Part shown: in pieces, positions 17,662 to 27,776 of the stretch | How positions within the stretch are numbered: position 1 is the stretch's first letter | How the letters are laid out: each line of letters opens with the position of its first letter | Assembly (NCBI GenBank): GCA_051886775.1 | Contig: JBJEYK010000043.1 | Location: 1-39,891 of the forward strand | Length of the DNA: 39,891 bases | Direction: 5' to 3' | Origin: Candidatus Ventricola sp. | Lineage (GTDB): Bacteria > Bacillota > Clostridia > Christensenellales > Aristaeellaceae | The notes under the pieces: generated by a model | What the model saw: the letters and a program-made list of their open reading frames with translations, nothing else | What the model was told of the DNA's origin: nothing | The model's database searches: none | Position numbers and translations under genes: made by a program

Positions 17662-18669
17662 ATGGAACAGAACCAAGCGCGCAGGCAGCGCATCCTCTCC
17701 GGCATCCAGCCCTCCGGCACGCCGACGCTGGGCAACTACATCGGAGCCATGCGCAATTGGAAGCTGCTCGAGGATCAGTACGACTGCCTGTACATGATCG
17801 CCGACCTTCACGCCATCACCGTGCGCCAGGAGCCGGCGAAGCTGCGCCAGCAGTCCATGCAGCTGCTGGGGCTTCTGCTGGCCATCGGGCTTGATCCGGA
17901 AAAGAACGTGCTTTTCTTCCAGAGCCATGTGCCCCAGCACGCGGAGATCGCCTGGCTGCTCAACTGCTACACCTACATGGGCGAGATGAGCCGCATGACC
18001 CAGTTCAAGGACAAGAGCGCCAAGCACGCCGACAACATCAACTGCGGCCTGTTCACCTACCCCATCCTCATGGCGGGCGACATCCTGCTGTATCAGGCCA
18101 ACCTGGTGCCCGTGGGCAAGGATCAGACCCAGCACCTGGAGATCTGCCGCGACATCGCCGCGCGCGTCAACGGCCTGTACGGCAGCGTGTTCACCATCCC
18201 CGAGGGGTACTATCCCAAGGTCGGCGCGCGCGTGATGAGCCTGCAGGAGCCCACGCGCAAGATGAGCAAATCCGACCCGGACGACTGCTTCATCTCCATC
18301 CTCGACACGCCCGATGTCATCCGCCGCAAATACCGCCGCGCCGTCACCGATTCCGACGCGTGCATCCGCTTCGACCCTGAGCAGAAGCCCGGCGTAAGCA
18401 ACCTGCTGAGCATCCTGTGCGCGCTGACGGGCGAGAGCATCGACTCCCTGTGCGCCTCCTTCGAGGGCAAGGGCTACGGCGAGCTGAAGGCCGCCGTGAC
18501 CGACGCCACCATCGAAACCCTCGCGCCCATCCAGGCCGAGTTTACCCGCCTGATGGGGGACAAGGCGTATCTGGAGTCGGTCTACCGCACGGGCGCACAG
18601 CGCGCCGGCTCCCTGGCCGAGCGCACGCTGCAAAAGCTGATGAAGAAGATCGGCTACGTCGCCAAGTGA
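17662..18669 (+). CDS. trpS: Tryptophan--tRNA ligase
   Basis: 335 aa. SGIQPSGTPTLGNYIGA (HIGH-region equivalent), GKDQTQHLE and KMSKSD (KMSKS loop). Confidence 0.95.
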   Translation: MEQNQARRQRILSGIQPSGTPTLGNYIGAMRNWKLLEDQYDCLYMIADLHAITVRQEPAKLRQQSMQLLGLLLAIGLDPEKNVLFFQSHVPQHAEIAWLLNCYTYMGEMSRMTQFKDKSAKHADNINCGLFTYPILMAGDILLYQANLVPVGKDQTQHLEICRDIAARVNGLYGSVFTIPEGYYPKVGARVMSLQEPTRKMSKSDPDDCFISILDTPDVIRRKYRRAVTDSDACIRFDPEQKPGVSNLLSILCALTGESIDSLCASFEGKGYGELKAAVTDATIETLAPIQAEFTRLMGDKAYLESVYRTGAQRAGSLAERTLQKLMKKIGYVAK

Positions 18670-18675
18670 TCCGAG

Positions 18676-18712
18676 CCCGCGCCGCACTGCGCCGCGCGGG
18701 TTTTGTCTTTTT
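18676..18712 (+). terminator. Rho-independent terminator after trpS
   Basis: CCCGCGC...GCGCGGG stem followed by TTTTGTCTTTTT. Confidence 0.75.
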
Positions 18713-18724
18713 CCTCCGCGCGTC

Positions 18725-18752
18725 TTTACATCTCCATATTTTGTGGTATAAT
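18725..18752 (+). promoter_or_regulatory. Promoter of the small NrdD-like gene (TTTACA-16-TATAAT, TG-extended)
   Basis: cTTTACAtctccatattttgTGgTATAAT. Confidence 0.6.
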
Positions 18753-18794
18753 TGACGCATAAGCACCAGATATAGTTTTTCGGAGGTCATACCC

Positions 18795-19064
18795 ATGTGC
18801 ACTGTGAACATCACCGGCGGCGCCTGCCCTCAGCAGGAGATCGACGCCTATATCGCCCGCGGCGCAGAGCTGTACGGCCGCGAGCCGGACGCCATCGACG
18901 TGCGCCTGGACGGCGAATACGTCGAGCTGGCCTATCACTATCAGAACCAGCCCTTCCACCGCATCCGCCGCATCACCGGCTATCTCGTCGGCACGCTCGA
19001 CCGCTTCAACAACGCCAAGCGCGCTGAGGAGCGCGACCGCGTCAAGCACGGGATCGAGATGTAA
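18795..19064 (+). CDS. Stand-alone small protein carrying an NrdD-type C-terminal glycyl-radical motif
   Basis: 89 aa. The C-terminus HRIRRITGYLVGTLDRFNNAKRAEERDRVKH matches, block for block, the C-terminal glycyl-radical segment of class III ribonucleotide reductase as I recall it for E. coli NrdD (RRVCGYLG..RPFNAGKQEEVKRRVKH). It has its own promoter, a GGAGG RBS and a downstream hairpin. Confidence 0.6.
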   Translation: MCTVNITGGACPQQEIDAYIARGAELYGREPDAIDVRLDGEYVELAYHYQNQPFHRIRRITGYLVGTLDRFNNAKRAEERDRVKHGIEM

Positions 19065-19091
19065 GCCTGTTTCCGGAAGCCAGACAATCGC

Positions 19092-19127
19092 ATACACAAA
19101 CCGGGCGGCTGCATACGCAGCCGCCCG
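19092..19127. terminator. Shared hairpin between the convergent small gene and the hybrid kinase gene
   Basis: CGGGCGGCTGC-atac-GCAGCCGCCCG. On the minus strand it is followed by GTTTGTGT. There is no U-tract on the plus side. Confidence 0.6.
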
Positions 19128-19166
19128 AAAGCATATGTCCTCATTCCCTGCGCCGGGCGTTTCACC

Positions 19167-21887
19167 CTACGCCTTCTGCCCGAGCTGCGCGATGGTGCGC
19201 AGCATCTGCCCGACATCCAGCGGCTTGGCCAGGTGGGCGTTCATGCCCGCGCCCAGGCACTGCTGCACGTCCTCCGAAAAGGCGTTGGCGGTCATCGCCA
19301 CAATCGGCAGCGTCGCGGTGTCGGATCTGCCCAGCCGGCGGATCTGGCGCGTCGCCTCGCACCCGTCCATGACCGGCATCATCACGTCCATCAGCACCAG
19401 GTCGAAGGCGCCGGGCGCCCGGCTGCGCACGGCCTCCACCGCCTCCAGGCCGTTGGCCGCAACGGTGATCTCGGCCCCCTCCTCGCTCAGGATGGTCTCG
19501 GCGATCTCGCGGTTCAGCTCGTTGTCCTCCACCAGCAGGATCCGCATGCCGCCGATGGAGGCGGACGCCTGCGGCTCGGCCTGCTGGATTCTCGGCCCGT
19601 CGGCCAGCTCGAAGGGAACGGTCACCACAAACGTGCTTCCCACGCCCAGTGTGCTGGAGACCTCCAGCGTGCCGCCCATCTGCTCGATGAGCGCCTTGGC
19701 GATGCTCATGCCCAGGCCGGTGCCCTGGTTCACGCTCTGCTCGTCGGTATTCTCCTGGACGAACGGCTCGAAGATGCGCCCCAGGAATTCCTCGCTCATG
19801 CCGATCCCCGTGTCGGTGATCGTCCAGCGATAGGTGACGCTGCGCTCGTCGTGCGCCGGAAGCTCGATCTGCGTCGTAATCCGCCCGCCCTCGTGGTTGA
19901 ACTTGATGCAGTTGCTGTAAATGTTCATCAGCGCCCGGCGCAGATGCAGCGGGCTGCCATAGACCCAGGCGAAGCGCTCGTCCGGCCTTTCAAAATGCAC
20001 CGTGGAGGCAACGCCCTTTTCCTGCGCCTGCAGGTTGATGATCGTCTGCGCCTCGCGTCCCTCCTGGAAGATGTCGAACGGCTCATGGGCGAGCACCATG
20101 CTGCCGTCCTCTATCTTGGCCATGTCCAGCACGTCGTTGATCAGCGAGGCCAGATGCTTGGCCACGATGCCGGCCTTGCGGCGGCTCTCGCGCAGATAGT
20201 CGATGTCGTCGGCGTGCTTTCTGTCGATTTCCAGCAGGCCGATGATGCCATTGAGCGGCGTGCGCATGTCGTGGGACATCCGGGCCAGGAAGCGGGACTT
20301 CTCGGCGTCGGCGCGCCGGGTGTCCTCCAGCGCCTTCTGCAGGCGCTGCTGCTGCTCCACCTCCGCCGCGACGATATCGTCCACGTTGAGAAGCCCCAGC
20401 ACGACGATGCCGTATTCCTCGTTCTTGATGAAGCGGAACTGATAGTGATGGGTTCTCCCCTGATCGATCACCCGGAAATTGCCCGCGTATTCCTGCCTGC
20501 TGGCCAGCGCGTCCAGCACGCTGCTCAGCCGCGTCGCCGCCGTCATCATCATGCGGTCGTCGGGATGCACATGCGCGTCGATGTAGGCCGCCATCATCTC
20601 GTCATACGGGCATACGTCCTTCTGCCAGAGGTCCTCCGGCAGGAAATCCTCGTGCTTGATCAGCGTCGCCGTGCCGGCCCGGGTGTTGAGCAGGAACACG
20701 TCCAGATAATTGCTGCTCAGCGTCTGCACGATGCTGACCTGCGTCTCGTAGGCCTCGCGGTCCTGGGTCACGTCCATGCCATAGAAGACGCCCTCCAGGT
20801 GGTTGTTGGCGGGGTTGACAAACAGGCGCAGCGTGTAGCGCGACCAGCGGGCGACGTGATCGTCATAATAGCAGCGGGATTCGCGGATGATCTCCACCTT
20901 GCCCGCCTCATAGTCCCGCTTCATGGCCTCCAGGCTGTACGCGCTCAGGAATTCCTGGCGGTCGCGCTCCGAGAGGATGTACACCGCCATGCTTTGCATC
21001 AATGCGTCGATGGTTCGGTCCCGGTCAAGCTCGTCCACGATGGCGGAGGTGCCGCCGACCCGGAGGATCCGGTTCCCGGTGATGTCCAGATGGAAATAGC
21101 CCGCCGCGTCGGACAGCGAGGACACCAGGGCGTCGAGCTGCTTTTCGTAGATGCGCTTGGTGGCGATGTCGTCGTCCTCGCAGGCGACGGCGACCACGAT
21201 GTCCTCAAAGCTGTCGGCCTCGCCGTTGCGCGCGATGAGCAGATAGTAGTAGTGCACCGCTTCGCCCAGCAGCACGCGCAGGTGCACCTTGAAGGAGGCG
21301 GCGCTGTCCAGCCGCCGGCGCACGCTCTCCAGCGAGAGCTGCTCCCGGACGGCGGCGCGCTCCTCCGGGTGAATGTAGCGCGTCACAATCAGCTCGAGCA
21401 CTTCGTCATAGCCCATGCTGTCGCGAAGGCCGTCGTCGCTGCTGCCGAACAGCTCGTCGTCGCGGAAGACGGAGATCCTGCGGCTCTGCATGCTCACGCC
21501 GAACACCGTGCGATACTTGACCGATAGCAGGTTGAGCGCGCCCAGCAGCCGCAGCGAGCCCTCGCCCGTGGGGATGGCGCTGGACAGGCGCGCGCCCTCG
21601 GCCACGGTGCTGAACACCAGCGCATGCCCCCTGCTGCCGTCGGGATGCACCGTGTCCACCGCGTCCACCGTCTCATAGATGTGGCGGATGGGATCGAGGT
21701 ACGTCTTCGGGCCGTGAATGCCGCCTGCGACGGGGCAGGGCGGGCAGGGCGCATCCAGCCCCATCAGCGCGCGGTAGCACTTCTCCCCCAGCTTCAGGTT
21801 CGGATAAATCTGCCGGGCCGTGTCGTTGAAGCCAATGATCGTGTATTCCGCGTCGATGCTGTAATACCCGGACGAATGCTCGCTCAT
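19167..21887 (-). CDS. Soluble hybrid sensor histidine kinase / response regulator with a long multi-domain N-terminal sensor region
   Basis: Start at MSEHSSGYY (M10 of the track ORF, GGGAGG RBS). I see no TM helices. A Cys-rich N-terminus (C-x9-CPPC) and ~550 aa of PAS-like sensor sequence are followed by the H-box RMSHDMRTPLNGIIG, an N box, G1 TDTGIGM and G2 GTGLGMSI. A REC domain follows (ILLVEDNELN...VLMDVMMPVMDG...AKPL). No HPt domain. Confidence 0.85.
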   Translation of the reverse strand: MSEHSSGYYSIDAEYTIIGFNDTARQIYPNLKLGEKCYRALMGLDAPCPPCPVAGGIHGPKTYLDPIRHIYETVDAVDTVHPDGSRGHALVFSTVAEGARLSSAIPTGEGSLRLLGALNLLSVKYRTVFGVSMQSRRISVFRDDELFGSSDDGLRDSMGYDEVLELIVTRYIHPEERAAVREQLSLESVRRRLDSAASFKVHLRVLLGEAVHYYYLLIARNGEADSFEDIVVAVACEDDDIATKRIYEKQLDALVSSLSDAAGYFHLDITGNRILRVGGTSAIVDELDRDRTIDALMQSMAVYILSERDRQEFLSAYSLEAMKRDYEAGKVEIIRESRCYYDDHVARWSRYTLRLFVNPANNHLEGVFYGMDVTQDREAYETQVSIVQTLSSNYLDVFLLNTRAGTATLIKHEDFLPEDLWQKDVCPYDEMMAAYIDAHVHPDDRMMMTAATRLSSVLDALASRQEYAGNFRVIDQGRTHHYQFRFIKNEEYGIVVLGLLNVDDIVAAEVEQQQRLQKALEDTRRADAEKSRFLARMSHDMRTPLNGIIGLLEIDRKHADDIDYLRESRRKAGIVAKHLASLINDVLDMAKIEDGSMVLAHEPFDIFQEGREAQTIINLQAQEKGVASTVHFERPDERFAWVYGSPLHLRRALMNIYSNCIKFNHEGGRITTQIELPAHDERSVTYRWTITDTGIGMSEEFLGRIFEPFVQENTDEQSVNQGTGLGMSIAKALIEQMGGTLEVSSTLGVGSTFVVTVPFELADGPRIQQAEPQASASIGGMRILLVEDNELNREIAETILSEEGAEITVAANGLEAVEAVRSRAPGAFDLVLMDVMMPVMDGCEATRQIRRLGRSDTATLPIVAMTANAFSEDVQQCLGAGMNAHLAKPLDVGQMLRTIAQLGQKA

Positions 21888-21950
21888 CTTTCGTACGCCT
21901 CCCGCCGATATCACGGACGAAACCGCTACAATTGCATTCTCTTTTTTGTT

Positions 21951-21979
21951 AATCTACCATGTTTCTGTCCGTTTGTCAA
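21951..21979 (-). promoter_or_regulatory. Promoter of the hybrid kinase gene (TTGACA-17-TAGATT)
   Basis: Minus strand reads ttgacaaacggacagaaacatggtagatt, in an A/T-rich patch. Confidence 0.55.
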
Positions 21980-21997
21980 TCCGCCCGGCGGCCGCAG

Positions 21998-22047
21998 CTC
22001 AAAAGGAGCGCCCCCGCGCGGCCTGCCTGCCGCATAGGGACGCTCCT
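21998..22047 (-). terminator. Terminator after the diguanylate cyclase gene
   Basis: Minus strand reads AGGAGCG...(structured loop)...CGCTCCT followed by TTTGAGC. Confidence 0.45.
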
Positions 22048-22056
22048 GCAAAATGA

Positions 22057-23151
22057 TCAGCTTCTGCTGCGCCGGTCAATCCCGCGCTGCTGATAGAACG
22101 CGCGCTTATCCTCGTACATGCGCTGCTCCGCGCACCGGACCAGCCCGTTCATGTCGCATGCGTCAGCCGGCTGCCGCGCGCAGCCCACCGAGATATGATC
22201 GCCCGCCTGCTCGACGGCGCGGCGGAGCCGGTCAATCCGACCGTTCAGCGCATCCTCCGGGCAATCCGGCACGAAGGCCAGCATCTCATCGCCGCCGACG
22301 CGATAGCTGTGCTCCGTGCCAAAGGCGCGCTGCAGCTCGCCGGCGACGCGCCGCAGCATTTCGTCCCCGGCCTCGTGCCCGCGCGCATTGTTCAGCTCGT
22401 GCAGGCCGTTCACGTCGACATAGACGCACGCGAGCGAATCCCGGCACTGCCCGGGCGCCCGGCTCAGGCTCTGCTCGAAGGCGTTGCGGTTGAGCAGCCC
22501 GGTGAGCAGGTCGGTCCGGCTGAGCATGATCACCTGCTGCTCGTACAGGTAGCGCTTGCATTTGACGCCCATCATGTAGGTGCTGATGATGGCGCTGATG
22601 GCGCCGAAGACCACTGCGTTCATGATGTCGACAAAGCGCTGCTTGGGCTCCTTGGTCGCCATCACGATGATCGAGAACCCCAGCACCGCCAGGCAGATCG
22701 TCAGCACCATGCGGCAGGGGCGATCCACAAACAGCATCGGCGCGGTGAGCAGAATGGCAATGAAGCTGACGGACAGCTCCTCCGGATCCAGCACGGTGCC
22801 CGTGAGGATGCTCATGGCAAACAGACCGCCCAGGAACACATACAGCACCAGCAGCATCCGCCCGCGCGTCCAGGGCAGGCGCGACGCCCCGAACGCCAGC
22901 GCGGACACCGCCATGCCGCCGAAATAGACCCAGCGGTTGTCCGCCACCGGGGTATAGAAAAACGTACCCGCAAACATCGCCAGCAGGAACGCGCCGGAGA
23001 CGAGCGAAAATATGCGCATGCTCTGGCGGTTGCTGCGGATGATTTCCTCATCCAGCTGCCGGAATTCATCCAGCGTCAGACCGGCAGAGCACAGGTATCG
23101 TTTGATCCATTTCAAGGCCCGCTTCACGTCTTTTCCCCCTTCTGAATCCAT
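22057..23151 (-). CDS. Membrane-anchored diguanylate cyclase (GGDEF domain; motif reads GGDEM)
   Basis: The 364-aa version starts at MDSEGG. An alternative GTG at 23127 has GGGGGA 6 nt upstream. Five or six TM helices, then LTGLLNRNAFE...GDEMLRRVAGEL...YRVGGDEMLAF. I see no RxxD I-site just upstream of the motif. Confidence 0.8.
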   Translation of the reverse strand: MDSEGGKDVKRALKWIKRYLCSAGLTLDEFRQLDEEIIRSNRQSMRIFSLVSGAFLLAMFAGTFFYTPVADNRWVYFGGMAVSALAFGASRLPWTRGRMLLVLYVFLGGLFAMSILTGTVLDPEELSVSFIAILLTAPMLFVDRPCRMVLTICLAVLGFSIIVMATKEPKQRFVDIMNAVVFGAISAIISTYMMGVKCKRYLYEQQVIMLSRTDLLTGLLNRNAFEQSLSRAPGQCRDSLACVYVDVNGLHELNNARGHEAGDEMLRRVAGELQRAFGTEHSYRVGGDEMLAFVPDCPEDALNGRIDRLRRAVEQAGDHISVGCARQPADACDMNGLVRCAEQRMYEDKRAFYQQRGIDRRSRS

Positions 23152-23164
23152 GATAGCATGCGTT

Positions 23165-23252
23165 CGGCAAGAAAAGCAATCCCCTTGCGGCAGATTGCTT
23201 TCGTTTCTTTTTTCGCAAAAGGCCATGCCCCCGTGCTCGCGGGGACATGGCC
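23165..23252 (-). terminator. Tandem rho-independent terminators after hydA
   Basis: Minus strand reads GGCCATGTCCCCG-cgagca-CGGGGGCATGGCC + TTTTGCGAAAAAAG, then AAGCAATC-...-GATTGCTT + TTCTTG. Confidence 0.75.
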
Positions 23253-23270
23253 TTTGTGGTGGGTGCCGGA

Positions 23271-25010
23271 TTACTTCCTGCTGCGGTCGGTGTAGGTGGT
23301 GTGCAGCAGCTCGTGCGCCCGGTGGCCGTTCGGCTCGCCGAGGTACTCGGCGTAGAGCTTCTGGATGTCCGGGTTCTCGTGGGACTTGCGGATGACCTTC
23401 GCCTCGTCCTCGGCATACAGGCCGGCGGCGCGCACCTTGCGCGGATCGAGATCCATGCGCTTGGTGGCGTTGACGATGGGCTGGCCGCCGCCGTTGACGC
23501 AGCCGCCCGGGCAGGCCATGACCTCGACGAACGCGTAGCTGGCGTCGCCCGCCTGGATGCGGCGGATCAGCTTCTTCGCCGCGCCGGTGGAGCTGGCGAT
23601 GGCGACCTTGAGCTCCTTGCCGCCGAGGGTGAAGGTCGCTTCCTTCACGCCCTCGATGCCGCGGACGGCCTGATACTCGACGTTCTCCACGGAGCGGTTC
23701 TCCAGCACGTCGGCTGCGGTGCGCAGCGCGGCCTCCATGACGCCGCCGGTCACGCCGAAGATCGCCGCCGCGCCGGTGGACTCGGCCACCAGCTCGTCGA
23801 AGCACTCCTCGTCGGGCAGGCTGGCGAAGTCGATGCGGGCGTCGCGGATCATGCGGGCCAGCTCACGGGTGGTGATGGTGATATCCACGGAGCGCAGCTC
23901 CTCGACCTCCATCTCCGGGCGGGCCGTCTCGAACTTCTTGGCCGTACACGGCATCACGGCGACGACCACGATGCTGCGCGGGTCGATGCCGGCCTTCTCG
24001 GCGTAGTAGCTCTTGATGATCGCGCCCTCCATCTCCATAGGAGACTTGCAGGTGGACAGGTTCGGGATCAGCTCCGGGAAATTGTGCTCGACGTACTTGA
24101 TCCAGCCCGGCGAGCAGGAGGTGAACATCGGCAGCACGCCGCCGTTCTTGATGCGGGAGATCAGCTCGGCGGCCTCCTCCATGATGGTGAGGTCGGCGCC
24201 GAAGTCGGTGTCAAACACCTTGTCAAAGCCGAGGCGGCGCAGCGCCTGGGACAGCTTGCCGGTGACGCGGGTGCCCATGGGCAGGCCGAACTCCTCGCCC
24301 AGCGCCACGCGCACAGCCGGGGCCGGCTGCACGACGACGAACTTCTCCGGATCGGAGATGGCGTCCCACACGCGGTCGGTATCGTCCTTCTCGCGCAGCG
24401 CGCCGACCGGGCAGACGTTGATGCACTGGCCGCAGTTGATGCAGTCGGTCTCGCCCAGCTTCTTGCCGAAGGCCGGGGAGATCACCGTCTTGAAGCCGCG
24501 GTTGATCGCGCCGATCGCGCCGATGCCCTGCACGTTGCGGCACGCGGCCACGCAGCGGCGGCACAGGATGCACTTGTTCGGATCGCGCACGACGGACGGG
24601 GAGAACATGTCCAGCGGATACTCGATGTTCGCGCCCTCGTACTTGGTCTCGTCCGCGCCCAGCTCCTTTGCCAGCGTCTGCAATTCGCAGGTCTGGCTGC
24701 GCACGCAGGAGAGGCACTTGCGCTCGTGGTTGGAGAGGATCAGCTCCAGCACGGCCTTGCGCGCCGCGCGGACGTTCGGGGTGTTGGTCTTGACGACCAT
24801 GCCCTCGGACACCGGCATCACGCAGGCCGCGGCCAGCGCGCGCGCGCCCACGTCCACCACGCACATGCGGCACGCGCCGATGGCGTTGACGTCCTTGAGG
24901 TGGCAGAGGGTCGGGATGTGGATATTCGCCTGATGGGCGGCCTCCAGCACGGTGGTGCCGGCGGGCACCTGCACCGCGACGCCGTCAATCGTTACATTCA
25001 CCATTGCCAT
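23271..25010 (-). CDS. hydA: [FeFe]-hydrogenase catalytic subunit, HydABC (NADH/ferredoxin-dependent, bifurcating-type) family
   Basis: 579 aa. N-terminal [2Fe-2S] domain (CHLKDVNAIGACRMC), accessory 4Fe-4S motifs (CILCRRCVAAC, CINCGQCINVC) and H-cluster motifs FTSCSPGW, VMPCTAKKFE and EVMACPGGCVNGGGQP. A C-terminal small-subunit-like tail (RKSHENPDIQKLYAEYLG). Confidence 0.93.
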   Translation of the reverse strand: MAMVNVTIDGVAVQVPAGTTVLEAAHQANIHIPTLCHLKDVNAIGACRMCVVDVGARALAAACVMPVSEGMVVKTNTPNVRAARKAVLELILSNHERKCLSCVRSQTCELQTLAKELGADETKYEGANIEYPLDMFSPSVVRDPNKCILCRRCVAACRNVQGIGAIGAINRGFKTVISPAFGKKLGETDCINCGQCINVCPVGALREKDDTDRVWDAISDPEKFVVVQPAPAVRVALGEEFGLPMGTRVTGKLSQALRRLGFDKVFDTDFGADLTIMEEAAELISRIKNGGVLPMFTSCSPGWIKYVEHNFPELIPNLSTCKSPMEMEGAIIKSYYAEKAGIDPRSIVVVAVMPCTAKKFETARPEMEVEELRSVDITITTRELARMIRDARIDFASLPDEECFDELVAESTGAAAIFGVTGGVMEAALRTAADVLENRSVENVEYQAVRGIEGVKEATFTLGGKELKVAIASSTGAAKKLIRRIQAGDASYAFVEVMACPGGCVNGGGQPIVNATKRMDLDPRKVRAAGLYAEDEAKVIRKSHENPDIQKLYAEYLGEPNGHRAHELLHTTYTDRSRK

Positions 25011-25033
25011 GTTTATCTCTCGCTCCTTCCGAC

Positions 25034-26827
<1,794 letters not shown>

Positions 26828-26853
26828 GATATGTTCCTCCTGCTGCTTTCGGT

Positions 26854-27222
26854 TCAGCCCTGATGGCCGATGGTGTATTCCTCAACGGGTCTGCCGTTGA
26901 CGATGTGGTCGTTGACGATGCGGGCGACCTTCTCCGGCGTCATGTGGACGTAGGTCACCTTCTCCTGATCCTTGACGTACACCTCGACGATCGGCTCCAG
27001 CCGGCACATGCCCACGCAGCCGGTCTGGGCGACGGTCACATTCTCCAGGCCGCGGCGCTTGAGCTCCTCGACGAACTCCAGCATCACCGGGCGCGCGCCG
27101 GCGGCAATGCCGCAGGTCGCCATGCCCACGACGACGCGGGTGTCGATGTTGTCATCCTTGCGCATGTTGACCTGCTCGATCATCCTGGCGCGAATGGCGG
27201 CCAGCTCTGCAAGCGATTTCAT
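26854..27222 (-). CDS. Small thioredoxin-like ferredoxin-domain protein (HydD/HndB-like)
   Basis: 122 aa from MKSLAEL (M16 of the track ORF): VVVGMATCGIAAGA...VAQTGCVGMCRLEPIV. Only three Cys in total. Its ATG overlaps the upstream ATPase gene's stop (ATGA). Confidence 0.75.
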   Translation of the reverse strand: MKSLAELAAIRARMIEQVNMRKDDNIDTRVVVGMATCGIAAGARPVMLEFVEELKRRGLENVTVAQTGCVGMCRLEPIVEVYVKDQEKVTYVHMTPEKVARIVNDHIVNGRPVEEYTIGHQG

Positions 27223-27776
27223 GAAAAGTACCCCCCATGCAATTCTGTCAAGTCGTTGTAAAGACAATCCCTGATCCAGGCGGAAATGTCGGGATGGGAA
27301 ATCGGAAGCGGCGCGATCGTCTCGCGCACGGCGCGCGTGTCAAAGGTGAACACGCTGCCGTCGAAATCGTCGGTGAACAGGAAATCCGTGTCCGGGTTGG
27401 TGAGCAAAAGCGTGTAAAGCGCGCCGGGGATATCGCCCATCGGCGGCCGGTCGATGTGATCCAGCCCAAAGCTGGCGCGCACGGTCGTGCCCTCGCCCAG
27501 CTTCGATTCGATGGAGAAGCTGCCGCCGGTCATGCTCGCCGTCATCTGCAAAAGCGGCAGCCCCAGCCCGACCTTGCGCGTTTTGCGCGTGGTGGTGAAG
27601 GGCTGGGCGACGGCCTGAAGCAGCTCCTCGCTCATGCCGCGCCCGTTGTCGCGGAACTGAAGCGAAATGCGGTTGTCCGCGTGGCTGACGGTGATGGCGA
27701 TCTCCACCAGGCTCGCCTGAGCGGCAATCGAATTCTGGGCGATGTCCAGGATGTTGTCTGCAAGCTCGCGCATCAT
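27219..27776 (-). CDS. Stand-alone GHKL (histidine-kinase-like) ATPase domain protein embedded in the hyd operon
   Basis: 185 aa from MMRELAD. N box ILDIAQNSIAA, G1 RDNGRGM, G2 KVGLGLPLL. No HisKA/DHp, sensor or TM region. Confidence 0.75.
   Translation of the reverse strand: MMRELADNILDIAQNSIAAQASLVEIAITVSHADNRISLQFRDNGRGMSEELLQAVAQPFTTTRKTRKVGLGLPLLQMTASMTGGSFSIESKLGEGTTVRASFGLDHIDRPPMGDIPGALYTLLLTNPDTDFLFTDDFDGSVFTFDTRAVRETIAPLPISHPDISAWIRDCLYNDLTELHGGYFS

Noticed and set aside
16420-18687. 755-aa minus-strand ORF, the longest in this part of the window
   Set aside because: It is a chimera. Only the last 347 aa (GT2 + GtrA-like, from MGDKTDSRVV at 17463) have protein-like composition, motifs and an upstream context. 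The upstream ~400 codons run antisense to trpS, are Ala/Gly/Arg/Leu/Val-rich, and simply stay open because of GC3 bias.
18795-19064. Small NrdD-like ORF as a mere pseudogene remnant of a deleted nrdD
   Set aside because: Not fully excluded. However, it has an intact consensus-like promoter, RBS, start, stop and terminator hairpin, and no flanking nrdD-derived sequence is recognisable in any frame. I therefore kept it as a candidate functional gene; see findings.
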